A stretch of 64,000 bases of DNA from contig CAVNZM010000015.1 in NCBI GenBank assembly GCA_963693365.1, positions 3,787,002 to 3,851,001 on the forward strand. The letters run 5' to 3'. The first letter of the stretch is position 1, and every line of letters starts with the position of its first letter. The DNA comes from Amoebidium appalachense (lineage: Eukaryota; Protista; Ichthyosporea). Shown here in pieces: positions 1-42,300 of the stretch. The notes under the pieces were generated by a model. That model searched no databases. It had not been told where the DNA came from and saw nothing but the letters and a program-made list of their open reading frames with translations. The position numbers were made by a program, and so were the translations under genes.

Positions 1-434
1 GCCTTGGTGCAACAACATCTATTTCACTTTCCATCAAAAAGCACACTTAACGGCTGTAACTATTAGCATGTGTGTGTGTGTGCCCTATTGTGTACGTGCC
101 CATGGGTGTTTGTGTGCGCGCGCGTGTGTGGAAAGGATCAAGCGTATGTACGTCTTACGTGCACGCACGTGGAAGCAACTACATTTTCATGTATGTGACT
201 TGGTGTTTGTTGTTAGCGTGTCTGCGCGTTATACTGGCATATAACCCAAATCAAGCAACCGTTCGTGTGTCTGCAGGTGCAAGCACATACGTTAGTGTGG
301 TAGCTTGCTTCTATGTTTGTGTGCACAGCATGCTGGGTGTAGATTTTGCCAACAAAAGCTAGTAGTGTTTTGACCCAGGGACACCTGACCCAATGACATG
401 TACCGAAAAGCTGCAGATTAAGAGAAAATCTCAC

Positions 435-1069
435 CAAAAGGTCGACCAGGTTGTCGTCTGCTCCTCCCATGTTTTGAATGAGTTTTGTAACCTGTGTCCC
501 GCTGGCTTTGTTCAAGTCTCCACCCACGTGGAAACCCCCCCTCTGGGTTTCTTCCTTGGTGGTTCCTGTGATTCATTTGCTAAATTTAGGTGTATAAATT
601 GCTTTTAAGACCAAGCTTTATTATAATGTTTCACAAAGCGTGTCTCGTTTGAGGGTTCACAGGTTGCCTTGAATATGAACCTGTAGCATTTGTAGTTTGA
701 CCGAGAGAAAGACTTAGAAGATGATTCCCTGCAAGCTGCCCCTCCCCCCTCCCCACCCCCACCCCTCTCCCCCTACCCCTCCCCCCCCCCCCCCCCCCCC
801 TTCTTTCCCAACCCATCCCAAACCATTCCCCTCGTGAAACACCCTTTCTCAACTTTATCCAACGCCTTAAACACCCACCCCTACGGTCTGCCTCGCTCCC
901 TCACCACTCACCCATCTCCCTTCAACCCCGGATGCACACACGCACAAAGACACACATACACACCACCCCCACCCTTATTGTCAAAACCCGAAAAGACCGG
1001 GTGGAATCATACCGCCACTTGAACCTCCTCTGCATCGCCGGATTCATCATCCCCAGTCCTCTTGGCCAT
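435..1069 (-). CDS. 5' part of an unidentified gene (2 exons seen; gene probably continues past the left edge of the window)
   Basis: ATG at 1069-1067; exon 1013-1069 (MAKRTGDDESGDAEEVQVA, donor GTATGA); exon 435-565 (acceptor CACAG, EPPRKKPRG..FHVGGDLNKASGTQVTKLIQNMGGADDNLVDLL, donor GTGAGA). Joining them in frame needs 8 G rather than 7 in the run at 535-541, or an unseen exon. Confidence 0.55.
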
Positions 1070-2126
1070 CTTTCTGTAATAAGCAACTCTGCACCGTACT
1101 AATATAAAGTTAAGTGAAGCAATGGGTCTGTAAAGGCGGGGATAGTGGTTTGTTACGTTTACTGAATATAATTTATCGTTGCCGGTCTTGCTGAAATTAG
1201 CCGTGCGAGCCTCCTTGAAACTACAGTTTGGAGATAAGAAAGCATTGGAGGAAGGATCATGGGTGTAGGTTAGGAAGCAATAACGGAAGGACCCATGCGC
1301 TCGTTTAGAGATTCTGATGTTCTTAGGTTAATATTTACCTCAGTAATCTTTCCATCGAAATACTGTTTGATAAATTTGTACAGATATTGGCATGACCTTT
1401 CAAACTTGAAAACGTAAGCCCGATGTTTGCCAAATTTCGGGTTTCCAACTTGAGCCAAGCCCTTTTCAGACAGACTGACAGACTCTTGAGTTGACCAGGG
1501 GACGTTATATCAGAGGTTTTCGCGCCAAAACTGAAGCAAGTTGCATGCCATTGGTCAGATAAAAGGCGCAGTCATTGCAGATCTTGGCCCTCTGATAGGC
1601 CCAACCGCTGAACCACCGCACGGCCCTTTGAAAACAGAGGGCCGTGACCACCGTCACAGTAGCGGGAGTCACTGTCAGACTGTCTTCAAAAGATGCACAT
1701 GAGTAGGCTACAGAGATGTTAGCTATAGAGGTTAGCTCTAGATACTTATGTATTATCCGTGTTATCGTGTTTGCTGGAAAATAGAGGGAAAAGAAAAGAA
1801 ATACGAGAAACTTATGTGTAAAGAAGCACAGTTTTGGTGGGTTCTTACATGTTCAGTGTTTCCATGCTGTTATTGAGCAATTTATGTTCGCTCAGGTGTG
1901 CTGGATTACGAAAATCTTTGACTTCGAGAAACATTAGTGTTCGCGTGTGGATAACAAACCTCACACACGATCTACGTATGTCCTGTTACAAAAGACTCCG
2001 ACGCATGGGTTAATACATTGTTACACTAGTCGTCCTGAAGGAATTGGGTGTGATCGTTCTTGCTCTCCCATTTGGTGCAGGGCACATAGGCTTCAAAGCC
2101 GCTATGAAACAAAATAACACTTGAAC
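1070..2126. promoter_or_regulatory. Candidate bidirectional promoter / 5' UTR region between divergent genes
   Basis: About 1.06 kb microsatellite-free interval between two divergently oriented ATGs; contains ATTGG (reverse CCAAT) at ~1550 and clustered GGCCC/GGGCC motifs at 1585-1645. Confidence 0.45.
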
Positions 2127-30892
<28,766 letters not shown>

Positions 30893-32244
30893 TAGTGGTG
30901 GGGTTGGGACGAATGCGGCGGGTGGGTATGGTGTTGGTCAGGAGGGAGATATGGTGGAAGAACTGGATTTTGGCCTGTGAATTTGTTTTTACGTTTTTGG
31001 TTTTTATTCGCGGGGCCACGGTAGTGGTGGTGGGTTGGTAACACGGGAACCTGTTGCTTGTTTTTTTTGTTTTTGTAGTGACACTGTGTGTGTGTGTGTG
31101 TGTGTTTGCAAGACTCTCTCTCAGTCTCTCTCTTTGTTTCTTTCAGCTATTTATCAAGCAAGTTTGAACAACAACATTAGATTCTGACCGCATGATCTTT
31201 TTGAAGGTCCGTCGGCCTTTAACGGCTGTTTGAATTCATTTAATATTTATTTATTTGGTCATTCATATATTATCTATTAGTTTAAATACAGGCCCTGTAA
31301 GCTATTAAGTATCGAGAATGCATGGGCCAGGTCAGACTAGTGTTCGATAAAATGGCCTGCATATGTCATACCCCCTCGTTTATTCTTCACTGTATGTAAT
31401 TCCCGTGAATGTTAAGTTAGACGGCACGGCTTACTCTACCTGAGGTAATTCAGATATTTGAAGGTTTCTGAAGTTAACTTGGTATATATGCATGTGCCAT
31501 CGTATGGACAGACACTGACGGACAGATATTCTTTTGTTTTGTTTGCACTGGCAAAGTGTCCGTAGCAACAAATGGTGTGTGATTCCTCTATCGATACACT
31601 TGAACAGTTCGGAAAACTTTAGTACTTAAAGAGCATTTGATGTATTCTCGTCTCTTATAAGACAGTCGCATTCTCGAAGTTCTGGTGGCAGCGAATATTT
31701 AATTTATCCTCTACATAAGTAACATTGGGTCCGCCGAGATATTGGTTTTGACCAAGTTGGTGACAATTTATGTTCTGAATCATTGCGTTTGGGACTCGAG
31801 CTGGCATTGTTTATTGTTTTGTCATAAATGTCACAATGCGAATGGACTTTTGGCCATGGGCCGACTCAGTCAAGAGCAATGCCATGTAGAATCTGATTCC
31901 ACTAGACTAGGCTAAGTACTAAAACTAAGTTTATTTCAAGGTGTTCGTTGGCCGCAAATCAGTTTTACAATGAATGACCTGATCATGATCAAGAACATTG
32001 TTGTTGTTTCGTCAAGTCATGCAGTCAAATTATTACCACGTTTTGCATCGGTTTATGAAAAAGTTTTCGGTATTGTTGGTGCCACCTGACTCAATCACAG
32101 CGCCCCCCCCCCCCCCCCCCCCCCCCCGACCACCGCCACCGCCACCACACACCGTGGCACACACACACTGACACACACACACACACACACACACACACTC
32201 AAACAACACACTCACTGTGGCACACACACACACACGCACACAAA

Positions 32245-32296
<52 letters not shown>

Positions 32297-32413
32297 TCAC
32301 CCCGGCGTGAGTCACTGGGCCGCTAGATCTGGCAGTGTACATATGTGCCTCATCGGATCAGAAACCGTCCCAAGGGGCTCGAGGGTGGTGGCCATGGGGG
32401 GGCGGGGAAGGGG

Positions 32414-32458
<45 letters not shown>

Positions 32459-32628
32459 AGCTCGAAGGGGACTCGCCAACGCCTGGAGAGAGACTGGGGG
32501 GCCCGGGGAGGGGGGGGGGAGGGGGGGGGGGGAGGGGGGGAGTTCAAGTCCTGGGTCTGAGAGAAAGAGAGAGAGGCCTAGCTAGGGGAGAGACAGAGAG
32601 CTCGGAGGGAAAGGAACGCCTGAGAGAC

Positions 32629-32629
<1 letters not shown>

Positions 32630-32706
<77 letters not shown>

Positions 32707-32725
32707 GAGAGAGAGAGAGAGAGAG

Positions 32726-32817
<92 letters not shown>
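32630..32817 (+). repeat. (GA)n microsatellite
   Basis: Directly visible; one of dozens of simple-repeat tracts in the window. Confidence 0.95.
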
Positions 32818-32819
<2 letters not shown>

Positions 32820-33634
32820 TCGGGGGGAGAGAGAGTGTGTTATGTCCCCGCGGCGAGCAGTCGTGTCAATTGGATCGATTCAGATCTATTCAGATCTATT
32901 TGCTTTGTTTACATTTCGTCGGTGCCGGCTCATCAATCAGATGTCGGTAAGTGGTGACGAGTGAACCAATCATAAATGTGATATCTGCGTATCCAATCGG
33001 ATAATCGAATTCAAATTATATGTAGACGTTTCGGTTACTTGGAAACGATCTACGGTGGGAATCGCGTGAGTAGGCAGAGTTGTGAGTTCGGAAGAAACTT
33101 ATGGCCTCTTCCGTGTTGATTGGAACACATAAACGCTACGGCCAGAGAGAACGAATAACTAAAGCAGGTTGTGAGTGATTGGAGAGCCTCATATTCGACC
33201 AGTCATGTCGAGGGCATCCAGGCAAAGTCCAGCTGCAGTGAGTGGTCGTTGTAAACCTGCAGCTACACATGTGAGAGACACAGCACTCCGAAAGGTAACT
33301 GGTAACCAAAGTCCACAAACAGGAAAAGTGCTCTACCTGTTTATTTGGAGTATATTTCGGGGCTGTGTAAGTCATAAGTCATGCAGCAGTAAAGATTATA
33401 TATGAGTGTTAGAACCGGCAAGAGACCAAGTAATCACACACAGTAATTGCTAGCCCTGTACTAATCTGTAATATGATTAGTCGGCTAGGGAATTGTGTGA
33501 TTGGTCAAGTAATCTTGTCCGGGTCGAACACACGTATATAAACGGACGCATCGATCCTCTGAAATCCAGTTCAGAATGAACCCCGTTTTACTCTTACACA
33601 TACACTTTACACTGAAGTGTCCGTGAGGATACTT

Positions 33635-33709
<75 letters not shown>

Positions 33710-34056
33710 CGAGTCTCAGAGACTCGAGATCTGAGAGCTCTGAGAGATCGAGAGAGAGAGAGAAGAGAGAGAAGAGAAGAGAGGAGAGAGAGGGGGGGGG
33801 GGGGGGGGGGGGGGGTTACGCTGTTTACTCGAGGCAAAGAGAGACCAGTCTTAGGTATGGGGGGGTTTTGCTCGGAATATCCCCTCAGCGGTATATCATG
33901 ATCACGTACATAGATGTCGGGTGATGATTATATATCAGGGTTTACTTTCTCTACGAGACACCATAAAGACTAAGAGAAATCAATAAGTTGGGGTTCCCCG
34001 TTATTTTTTTTTATTTTTTTTTTTCGGGCTCCCCTGGGACACTCGGTATCAGCTGG

Positions 34057-34144
<88 letters not shown>

Positions 34145-34153
34145 CTGTGTGCG

Positions 34154-35000
34154 CTAGAATTTTGTGATGATGTGTTTCTCAAGCCAATCAATACATCTAA
34201 TAAGCAGGTCGTAGTTACACGTGTTTAGTATAAAATCAAGGATGATGTAATTTTCAGGTAGGCTATATTTCTGGGTGTCTGTTGTGAATGTGACGTGTGT
34301 GTGTTGCGGTATTATGTGGTCTATCAAACTACATTTGGCGATACATGACCGTTTAAACTGGTGTGTGTGTGTGTTGTTTGGGCATGCAAACGATGCCACC
34401 TTATACTTATTTAGATCTCCACTGTATAGCACGTGTACAGTAAAAGCGTGGTATGTGGTCAATAATACCATCAGCTAGAGAAAGACCATTTCTACAGGAA
34501 GGTAATATGTATTTGGGTGTTACACATTTGCGAGTGCCATATTTGGCAATATAGTTAAGGCGGTCATCATATATAAAACGAGACATAAGGCTTAGTTTTT
34601 CAAGGAGTATGCTTTCATCGGGTCTGGTGTCGTGTGGTATCTTTTTCCATTTGTTATATTGCGCAATTATCTTGTGATTGTGTACATGCCTAATAAGTAA
34701 GTGGCAGTCCAAAGTCACACGCACACTTTTGCGGGGTTTATCTGTATTTGTGCCCGGGGGAGAAGGAAAGTGAGAGGGAAGGAAAGAGGAGAGAGGTGAG
34801 GAGGGGACAGGTCGGATAGAGAAGAGAGGGTGGGAGGGCAAATACTTCTTAAGCGGCTTATGTGCTTATTCAATTTCAGCGCGAGGACGTGGGATACTCT
34901 AGCAGCTATTAGGACCAGACCATATATCGAGAGCGTTCTGTTTTCGGGCCCGAGGGCCTTATCTGGTTTCCTCAATCAAATCATCCTCGTTGACAAACAC
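34154..35000 (-). pseudogene. Disrupted gene of an unrecognised family, homologous to 37492-37926
   Basis: Exon 34154-34689 (acceptor TTATTAG) reads HVHNHKIIAQYNKWKK...LADGIIDHIPRFYCTRAIQWRS / NKYKVASFAC...KRSCIAKCSLIDHII...YIILDFILNTCNYDLLIRCIDWLEKHIITKF* with a 1-bp frameshift at ~34411. A putative upstream exon 34846-35000 (phase-compatible, CAG/GTATTT) carries three in-frame stops. Confidence 0.6.
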
Positions 35001-35506
35001 CTGACAATATCAGAGGGAGAGCGTTTTCCAGCTGCAATGATGATGCTCTTTCGGCCAATCAAAAAAAAAGATTTGGAAAGAACTTCGTACGCATTTGTAA
35101 ACCCCATCGGCCCTATTTCAATACCAAGCGTTGGCAGGTGGCGTGCCATATCGTGCCATATACAACGCGAACAAACAAGTCAGGATCTCACACGCGCTTC
35201 ACAGTGTATGGATGATACGCACAAGAACACGAGATAATATTTTCAGATCAGCGCACATCAGTACTATAGTGACAGTCAACAGTACATACATACATATGTA
35301 CACAAGAACACGAAATGTGTCAGTGACGATCCACACCATATTGGCGAGCTGCAACACTGACAGATCATGCAATTTTTGGAACATGAAATGTGGTGACACG
35401 GGGGGGGGGGGGGGGGGGGGGGGAGGGAGGAGAGAGAGGGAGAGAGAGAAGAGAGAGCTCGAGAGCCTCAGGGGGGTGGGGGGCCGGGGGGGGGGGGGGG
35501 GGGGGG

Positions 35507-35538
<32 letters not shown>

Positions 35539-35560
35539 GAGAGACAGAGAGAAACTCAGG

Positions 35561-35638
<78 letters not shown>

Positions 35639-36080
35639 ACGTGTGTGCCTGGCGTGTACACGAGGTTCTATGTGTAGCAGACTCCGAAGCTACCCACATG
35701 TGAACACATGTTTTCTTCGAGCCTCATTCAACTCAACTATAACCCGAGACATACGTATACATATTTTGAAAGAGACGCTCTACAGTGACCAAAGGCAGAA
35801 ATCGCCACACACATGCATGTACACACATGCACGCACACAATCATACACGCAGATGTACATGTGACTTTAATACACATGCATAAGCACCCAACCACAATCA
35901 CGAACGTGCGCGCGCGTGCGCACACACACACACACATGTACACACACACACCGTACACACACACACACACTGTAGCGCACACACACAACTTCGTGCACAC
36001 ACACAAACATGTGTACACACACATATACACGCACAACACACCCACCGTGCACACACACACACACACACACGCACACACAC

Positions 36081-36112
<32 letters not shown>

Positions 36113-36416
36113 GCGTGCGCGTGCGCGCGCGCGCGCGCGCACACACGCATGTCACACACACACTGCACACTTACACATAGCGCAGGCAAACACACGGTCT
36201 GTGCAGTACTAGTCGCACAAACGCATGCACATGCGTAAACACACGCACACACGCGCACACACAACCCGAGCAGTCACACACGCGCACACAGACGCGCTGC
36301 GTCAGCGCGCACCGTAAACACTGTAACACACGCCGTACAAGCCGAGAGAGTCAGAGAGAGAGGGAGCGCTGAGAGAGAGAGAGACTCTAAGAGAGAGAGT
36401 GAGAGAGAGAGAGAGA

Positions 36417-36470
<54 letters not shown>

Positions 36471-37491
36471 GTGTGTGTATATATGTGTCAAATTGATTCC
36501 ACCGAGTTTGGGCCCACATCGCCGTGGGTGGAACCCACTAGATCGTTTATTATTATTATTATTATTAGCTCGGAAATGAATGAGGTCATCGGAAGTTGTT
36601 CACCGCAAATTCCAGAAGCCTCTCTCGTTTACTCTGTCAGGCAACCACGAAACACTGACGTATGTGCACATGTGCACAGCACGTCATTCTCATCCACTTG
36701 AATATTCGTCGGTACGATAGCCAGTTTTCGTATCGGTATAGCAGATAGCTTTTTTTCCCCGTCAGTTGTTTTCTGTAAAGACTACTTCATGTCCTCCACT
36801 GGGCGGCTGTGGTATGGCGAAGGCATATAGCCTTGGTGTCTCTTTGTGGTAGAGAGCTAGCCTTTGTGGCCCAGATGGTCAAGCCATCGGCCTAAGGACA
36901 CCAAAATCCCGATGGAGGAGGCCTTTTTGCGTGCCATCATTCAAGTCAGCGGCGCCAAGTTGCTGGCAAAAGGGCCGTGGCCAGATGTACGTGGGTGTGT
37001 GGAATGTGTTGGAATTTTTGCACGTACATGTGTGGATGCATGTGCGCGTGCAGCCTGGCTTGAACGGTCATACTATATGATCCTCTATTCAATTATCCTA
37101 TATGATCCTCTATTCAATTATATAGACGATGCTGTATAGGAAATCAAGCTGAAGTAAAAAACTTCGGTTATTATTGCAAGTCTAGCATACGTGGAAAGTA
37201 AACGATATTTGTTCTCTGTACACTCGTGTAGCTGCCTTCCCCGGATCCGCGCCGGTTGGAACTTGGGGCCTTAGAATCCGATCCGGGATCTCAACGATCA
37301 CCAAAATGGGCCAACAAAAAGTGCGAGACTCTTATATGATTGGTTAATACATTTGATTGGTTAAAGAAAATTATCAAATTGGACGGTCATGACGAACATT
37401 CTAGACACCTTTTCGATCCTTTTGCGCACTCACACCACCATCACAACGCATACACGAACTTCAGCCCCCTGCCAGACAAATTTGCAAGACA

Positions 37492-37926
37492 TTGACCATA
37501 TATGGTCAAAGTATACCATCCGCGCGGAGATTTCAACATTTAGCCTATATGGCGGATACGGTTAGACAATCTCGCTCCTATATAGATTCGTTTATTCATG
37601 ATGTTGTTTCGTATAAATATGCAATGATGATTATGTCTTGGCGTTGTAATCGGTTTTTGGTGTCTCCTGCTCGTATGTGTAATATGTGTGGGGGACGGGT
37701 GACTCGCGGATGCATATCTATCAATAAGTGTGACCTGTTAGCTAATGTGGTAGAACCGGAGGTTATGGGCGACTTTATTCTCTTTTCTACTTCCCTCCCC
37801 CAGTATATCCGTTATAAAATGACCGTGTTAGATCACCTTATTAATGCTGCACAGTATGATATTGTGATACGGTGTCTTAACTTTCTCTCGGAGCTACCAA
37901 TGCTAGCTTCTGCTTATTATCCATAA
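37492..37926 (+). CDS. Hypothetical protein of an unrecognised family (start uncertain), homologous to the 34.2-34.7 kb locus
   Basis: Complex, non-repeat ORF; RSYIDSFIHDVVSYKYAMMIMSWRCNRF and TVLDHLINAAQYDIVIRCLNFL align with SLADGIIDHIPRFYCTRAIQWRSNKY and IILDFILNTCNYDLLIRCIDWL. Three ATTGG boxes at 37339-37382 upstream. Confidence 0.6.
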   Translation: MTIYGQSIPSARRFQHLAYMADTVRQSRSYIDSFIHDVVSYKYAMMIMSWRCNRFLVSPARMCNMCGGRVTRGCISINKCDLLANVVEPEVMGDFILFSTSLPQYIRYKMTVLDHLINAAQYDIVIRCLNFLSELPMLASAYYP

Positions 37927-39569
37927 TAATCTATACTAGGGTTGTTTTATTGCTTACAGTGTACATAAGTCACTAGCTGCATTTGATTGGCTGCGCTGGA
38001 AAACCCAGTAGGCCGTCAAGTGAGGCTGGGCCCCTGACGATGTCCGCAGCAATACAAAGTGCATAAACCCCCCCCAACATGATCCCTGAGGGCCTGTGTA
38101 ACTTACCTGGACTCCCTGCCTACGTACGACAAACGTCACAGGCTGCAGCATCATGATATGTACATGTAGGCTGTGGAACAGTATCATTTTCAACGCATAA
38201 CAAAAGAAAATGCGTGGTTTTATGCCCCCAAGGTGTATGCAGAAACATATACATACAGGAATAAAGAATGAATATGTGACTTCCGTCTTTTTTGGGGGGG
38301 TTCGGCCGCGACCCGGGCTGCCTGGACAGTTCGCTACGCGTACATAGCTATCATCCTGAGGGTGACAGTGTCCGACTTCACAGGTGTGGAATTTTAACAA
38401 ACCCGAACCAAGTTGATGTGCACGTCAACCCGAGTACTCGGATTATAAGTGGAAGATCCATAAGTGTGTATGTTGTAGAGGGGAAATAGAGCGTGTGTGT
38501 GCATGTGCCATGGCTACAAATGCAGCCCGTCACTGCAATGCTGTGCACATGATGCTTGCATTTGTGTGCCACACGTGTACACGTACGGGTGTATCGATAT
38601 CCGCATCATGTACTACGCTAGACTAATTTCCACGCACGAACAAAATATCATGGTATACGTAGGGCTCCCTCTCGTCGTAAGGGCGTATCAGTATTTGCTG
38701 TTTAAATAGAGTTGGGAGTCAAAAGTCTGTTTACACCGTAAGCCAAATGTAAAATTATTAGTAGTGAACTGTGAAATTTTGTTAGCAGGCTATTATTACA
38801 GTGGCAAAGTCCCAAGGCTTCGCACGTGCACGTGCTGCCAATATTCGTCACGTACAAGTTGACTCTCGGAGGGTCGGGCGGACTCCGGAATCGGGCTGTA
38901 AATATTCACCATATGCATCTGGAAATTTCCGTGGCACTCAAGTAATGAATTTTTTTTATTATAATGACTTAAAGTCTAATGATGTGCTCGCCGAACATGA
39001 AAAAAGAGATATCCCAGATATCTTAAAAGACGACGGTCGATTACACACTCAAATGTTGAGTTCCAAAGGTAAGTGACCTCATACAAATATTGGAAAACAA
39101 ACACTACAGTCAGACACCATATGCCATGGAATTTTGCGAGGAGGGGCTCAAGGAGAGGGGCGCAATACCTCGGAGCCAATCGAGTCTGCCTGTGACTGGA
39201 ACAACTGTGCCTCGGTGGCTCCCGTTGTTCCAGTTTCGTGCACGAATAAATACGTGTGAGCATTTGCACTGCCAACTGAAGCACTCTGAACATCTGTCAT
39301 TGATTCTCTCAATTGTGCTGCACACTCTCACACTCAGACTGCCGTCTTGTAATTGATTTCAAAGTTATTCGTCATATTATCGTCAAGGGAGGAGCTGCTG
39401 CCTATATTATCTCCGCCGGAGTCCGATAACAGTTTGCCTGCCACCACCCTCTCTACTAGCAATATTGCATTGCTCAGCTGAAGTCTCTTGAAGGAATCAC
39501 TTCACGCTGGGCCGTTACACTATCCTGACTACTGCTGTTTACATTCAATATTTATTGTTTGCGACCGAG

Positions 39570-42269
39570 ATGACTTCGTTGGCTGCGGCGCTAGTCAGTC
39601 TGGAAGAGTTTTGGCGTGCGGAACTTTCGGCAATAGAGGTAAGCACAAAGTTCTTGCATGTTTGAATTTGTAACACCTAACTTCGTGTGTGTAAGCTTAG
39701 GCTTAATATGACTACTAAGCCGTGACACACGCACACACGCGTGTCACGCACCATTGTAATAGACACACACGCGCGCGCGTACGCCCAAAGACGCACACAG
39801 ACCGTTTCACGTGCACGCATGCGTGCGTGTACACGGCGCGTTGGAGGCACCATCTTATACTTTCGTGGTAGTTACAGCGTCGCTAACCTCTTTTTTCTTT
39901 CTTTTTTTTTTTGGGCACTGCAGGCTCAAAATGGACTGAGCAAGACTACTCGATCCAACGACTCGGGGGTGCACGTGGTCCAAAAAGTCGGTGATGTCAG
40001 CGACATTTTCGACTCCTACATGGGCCCAAGCGACGCATTCTTCGACATCATGTCGCCTGTTAGCGAGGTAGGTCATCACATTGTATTTCAGTGCACAGTG
40101 TTGGAATTTCTCAACTGTGCTATAATCATGATGATCCAGCCCCTAGCCCGGGATAAGTAAAACTTAATTTTGTAAACTTTCAGTAACTTATGATACAATG
40201 TCAGGGTTGATTTTTGCCGTGAAAGTTCAACTTGCAATGGCGAGTTGAACACTTTTGTCCATCTGCGAAAGACACGCATTGCCACTGCCAGGTGCAGGTC
40301 TATTGTGTGTGTGTATTGCATCTGAAACTAGCCAGGATGCCGAGTTATGGTACATTTATCTCCTATTCCGGGCAACTTGGCAAATTCGAAGTAGATTGTA
40401 AGCATTTTGAACTCACGCCATCGACTTATCAAAGCAACTTACTCACCTCTTTACGCACTTCAAATATAGCAGGGGTCACCAGACGACTGTTACAAGCCAA
40501 TCAAAAAATGCCCCGATTTTCTACAGCCAATCAAAACGGAGCAACCAGCTACCTGGAACACCACGCTCCTGGAAGCATCACAGGGGATCATCACCCCAAA
40601 CTCATACGACAGCGGCTCCGTTTTCGACAGCTTCGATGGCGAGTGAGTGTGCCCCCCCCCCCCCTCCCCCCCCCCCCCCCCCCCTCCCCCAGATGATGGG
40701 CTATGTTCAGGCCGTCTTTCATCCCTTTTTTTCTTTTTTTTTCTTCTTTTTTCGCGTGTTTATTTTATGAAAAACTTTTGACAATTTCAACGGTGCTAAG
40801 ACTGTGTTTTGATGTCTTCTTCCTTCTCCATAATATAACCCTACAGTGCATCCTCCTCCTCCTCCCCCCCCCCTTCCCCCCCCCCCCCCCCCCCTCCCAA
40901 AACCACCTTGCTGCGTGCTTGAAAGTTTTGATATCTCCTGGCTTTTTTTTTTTTTTTTTTTTTTTTGGCATGGATCACTGACATCCTACCCATGCATACG
41001 TTCCCGCACGCGCGCTCATACACACACTGTGACACACACACACACACACACACGCACACACAGCCTTTTTGTGCTCGAGAGCATCTTCGACGACATGGGC
41101 TACGATTGGAAACCCGGTGAAATCAGCGAAGCCGACATGACTTTTGGCCAATCAACTGCCTTCTACCCGCTCTCCCCAGCCCTCTCCCAATCAAATTCCT
41201 CAGAGTCCGTTCCATCGCCAACACTCACAGAGGTGAATTTTTTCAAGGCGGACCCGTACGAAAGTTTTCTGCCCCCCCTCTCCCCGGACCAATCGCATCT
41301 GCCCGTTCCCAAGCCAGACCTGACCTGCAACGAATCATCCATCCTCTCTCCACTCCCAAGCCCACCCGTCAATCTTCGTGCTACCCCCGCAACCCCACCC
41401 ATGAACCCCCCCACCCCCACCCCCACCCCCTCATCTGTTCAAAATAATGCTGCAAAACCACCAACGAAAAATTTGAACGAGCTTAAACGCAAGAGGGAAA
41501 ACCCACCTAAAACAGGTTTTGGGTTTCCGACCAACCCAAACATCCCCCCTGATTCCGTGCATGCGGAGGGTTCGGAGAGCGGCATCACCGTAAACCTTCA
41601 GTCTGGGGCTCTATGGAGGGCTCTGTATGGGGTCCTAAACGAAAATTTGGTCAGCCTACGTGGGAGGCAGCTTTTCCCCTCTATTACGGTATTGGACCCC
41701 CCCAATCCCACCAAGGACCCCCCCCCACTACTCCCCCTACTCTCTCCCCCCTCCCCTCCCCCTCTCCCGCTGCGCTTCATGGGATCTCTGCATCCTGCTC
41801 CCCCCCCCCCCCCCCCTCCGTCCCTTCCCCCCTCCCCCCCCCCCCAAAAAAAAAAAAAAAAAAAAACTGGAACCGTTCCCCCTCCCCCTCCCTTTTTAGA
41901 GCAGAATATAGTATCAGTACAACATTAGCGTACTTCTATCCCATTTTATTGCTTTTGCTATCGTTCTGGTGTTGAGTTTTGTGTTTTGAGGTTCTTTTGA
42001 GCTGAAGATTATAATCGTAAATACTGCTCATGTTTAACTTTAGTTTTATGGGTCTGCTGTGATAGGTAGGATGATTTGTGCACTTTGCTTTAACAAACTA
42101 ACGGCCTTCTGTGATAGGTTGATTTTAAAAACCTGGACCCCGACATCGCCTACAGTGTGTGGCTGCAACTTGAGTGTGTGACCCCCAAAGGCCATTTGGA
42201 GCAATGGGACTTTGTGAGTGGCTGGAAATCACGTGCTGTCTGTCCCCGCTCCAGGAAGAGTACTTCCCC

Positions 42270-42300
<31 letters not shown>

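Noticed and set aside
435-1069. TAF13-like identity for the left-edge gene
   Set aside because: Only a vague resemblance over ~25 aa; not enough to name it.
34846-35000. TAA/TAG reassigned to Gln (three in-frame stops in a putative exon)
   Set aside because: The long SNF2 and T-box coding sequences contain no in-frame TAA/TAG, and both codons are used as terminal stops; decay is the simpler explanation.
36850-36990. Exon-like segment (PMEEAFLRAIIQVSGAKLLAKGPWPD followed by GTACGT)
   Set aside because: Could not be linked to other exons or to a known family; may be a gene relic.
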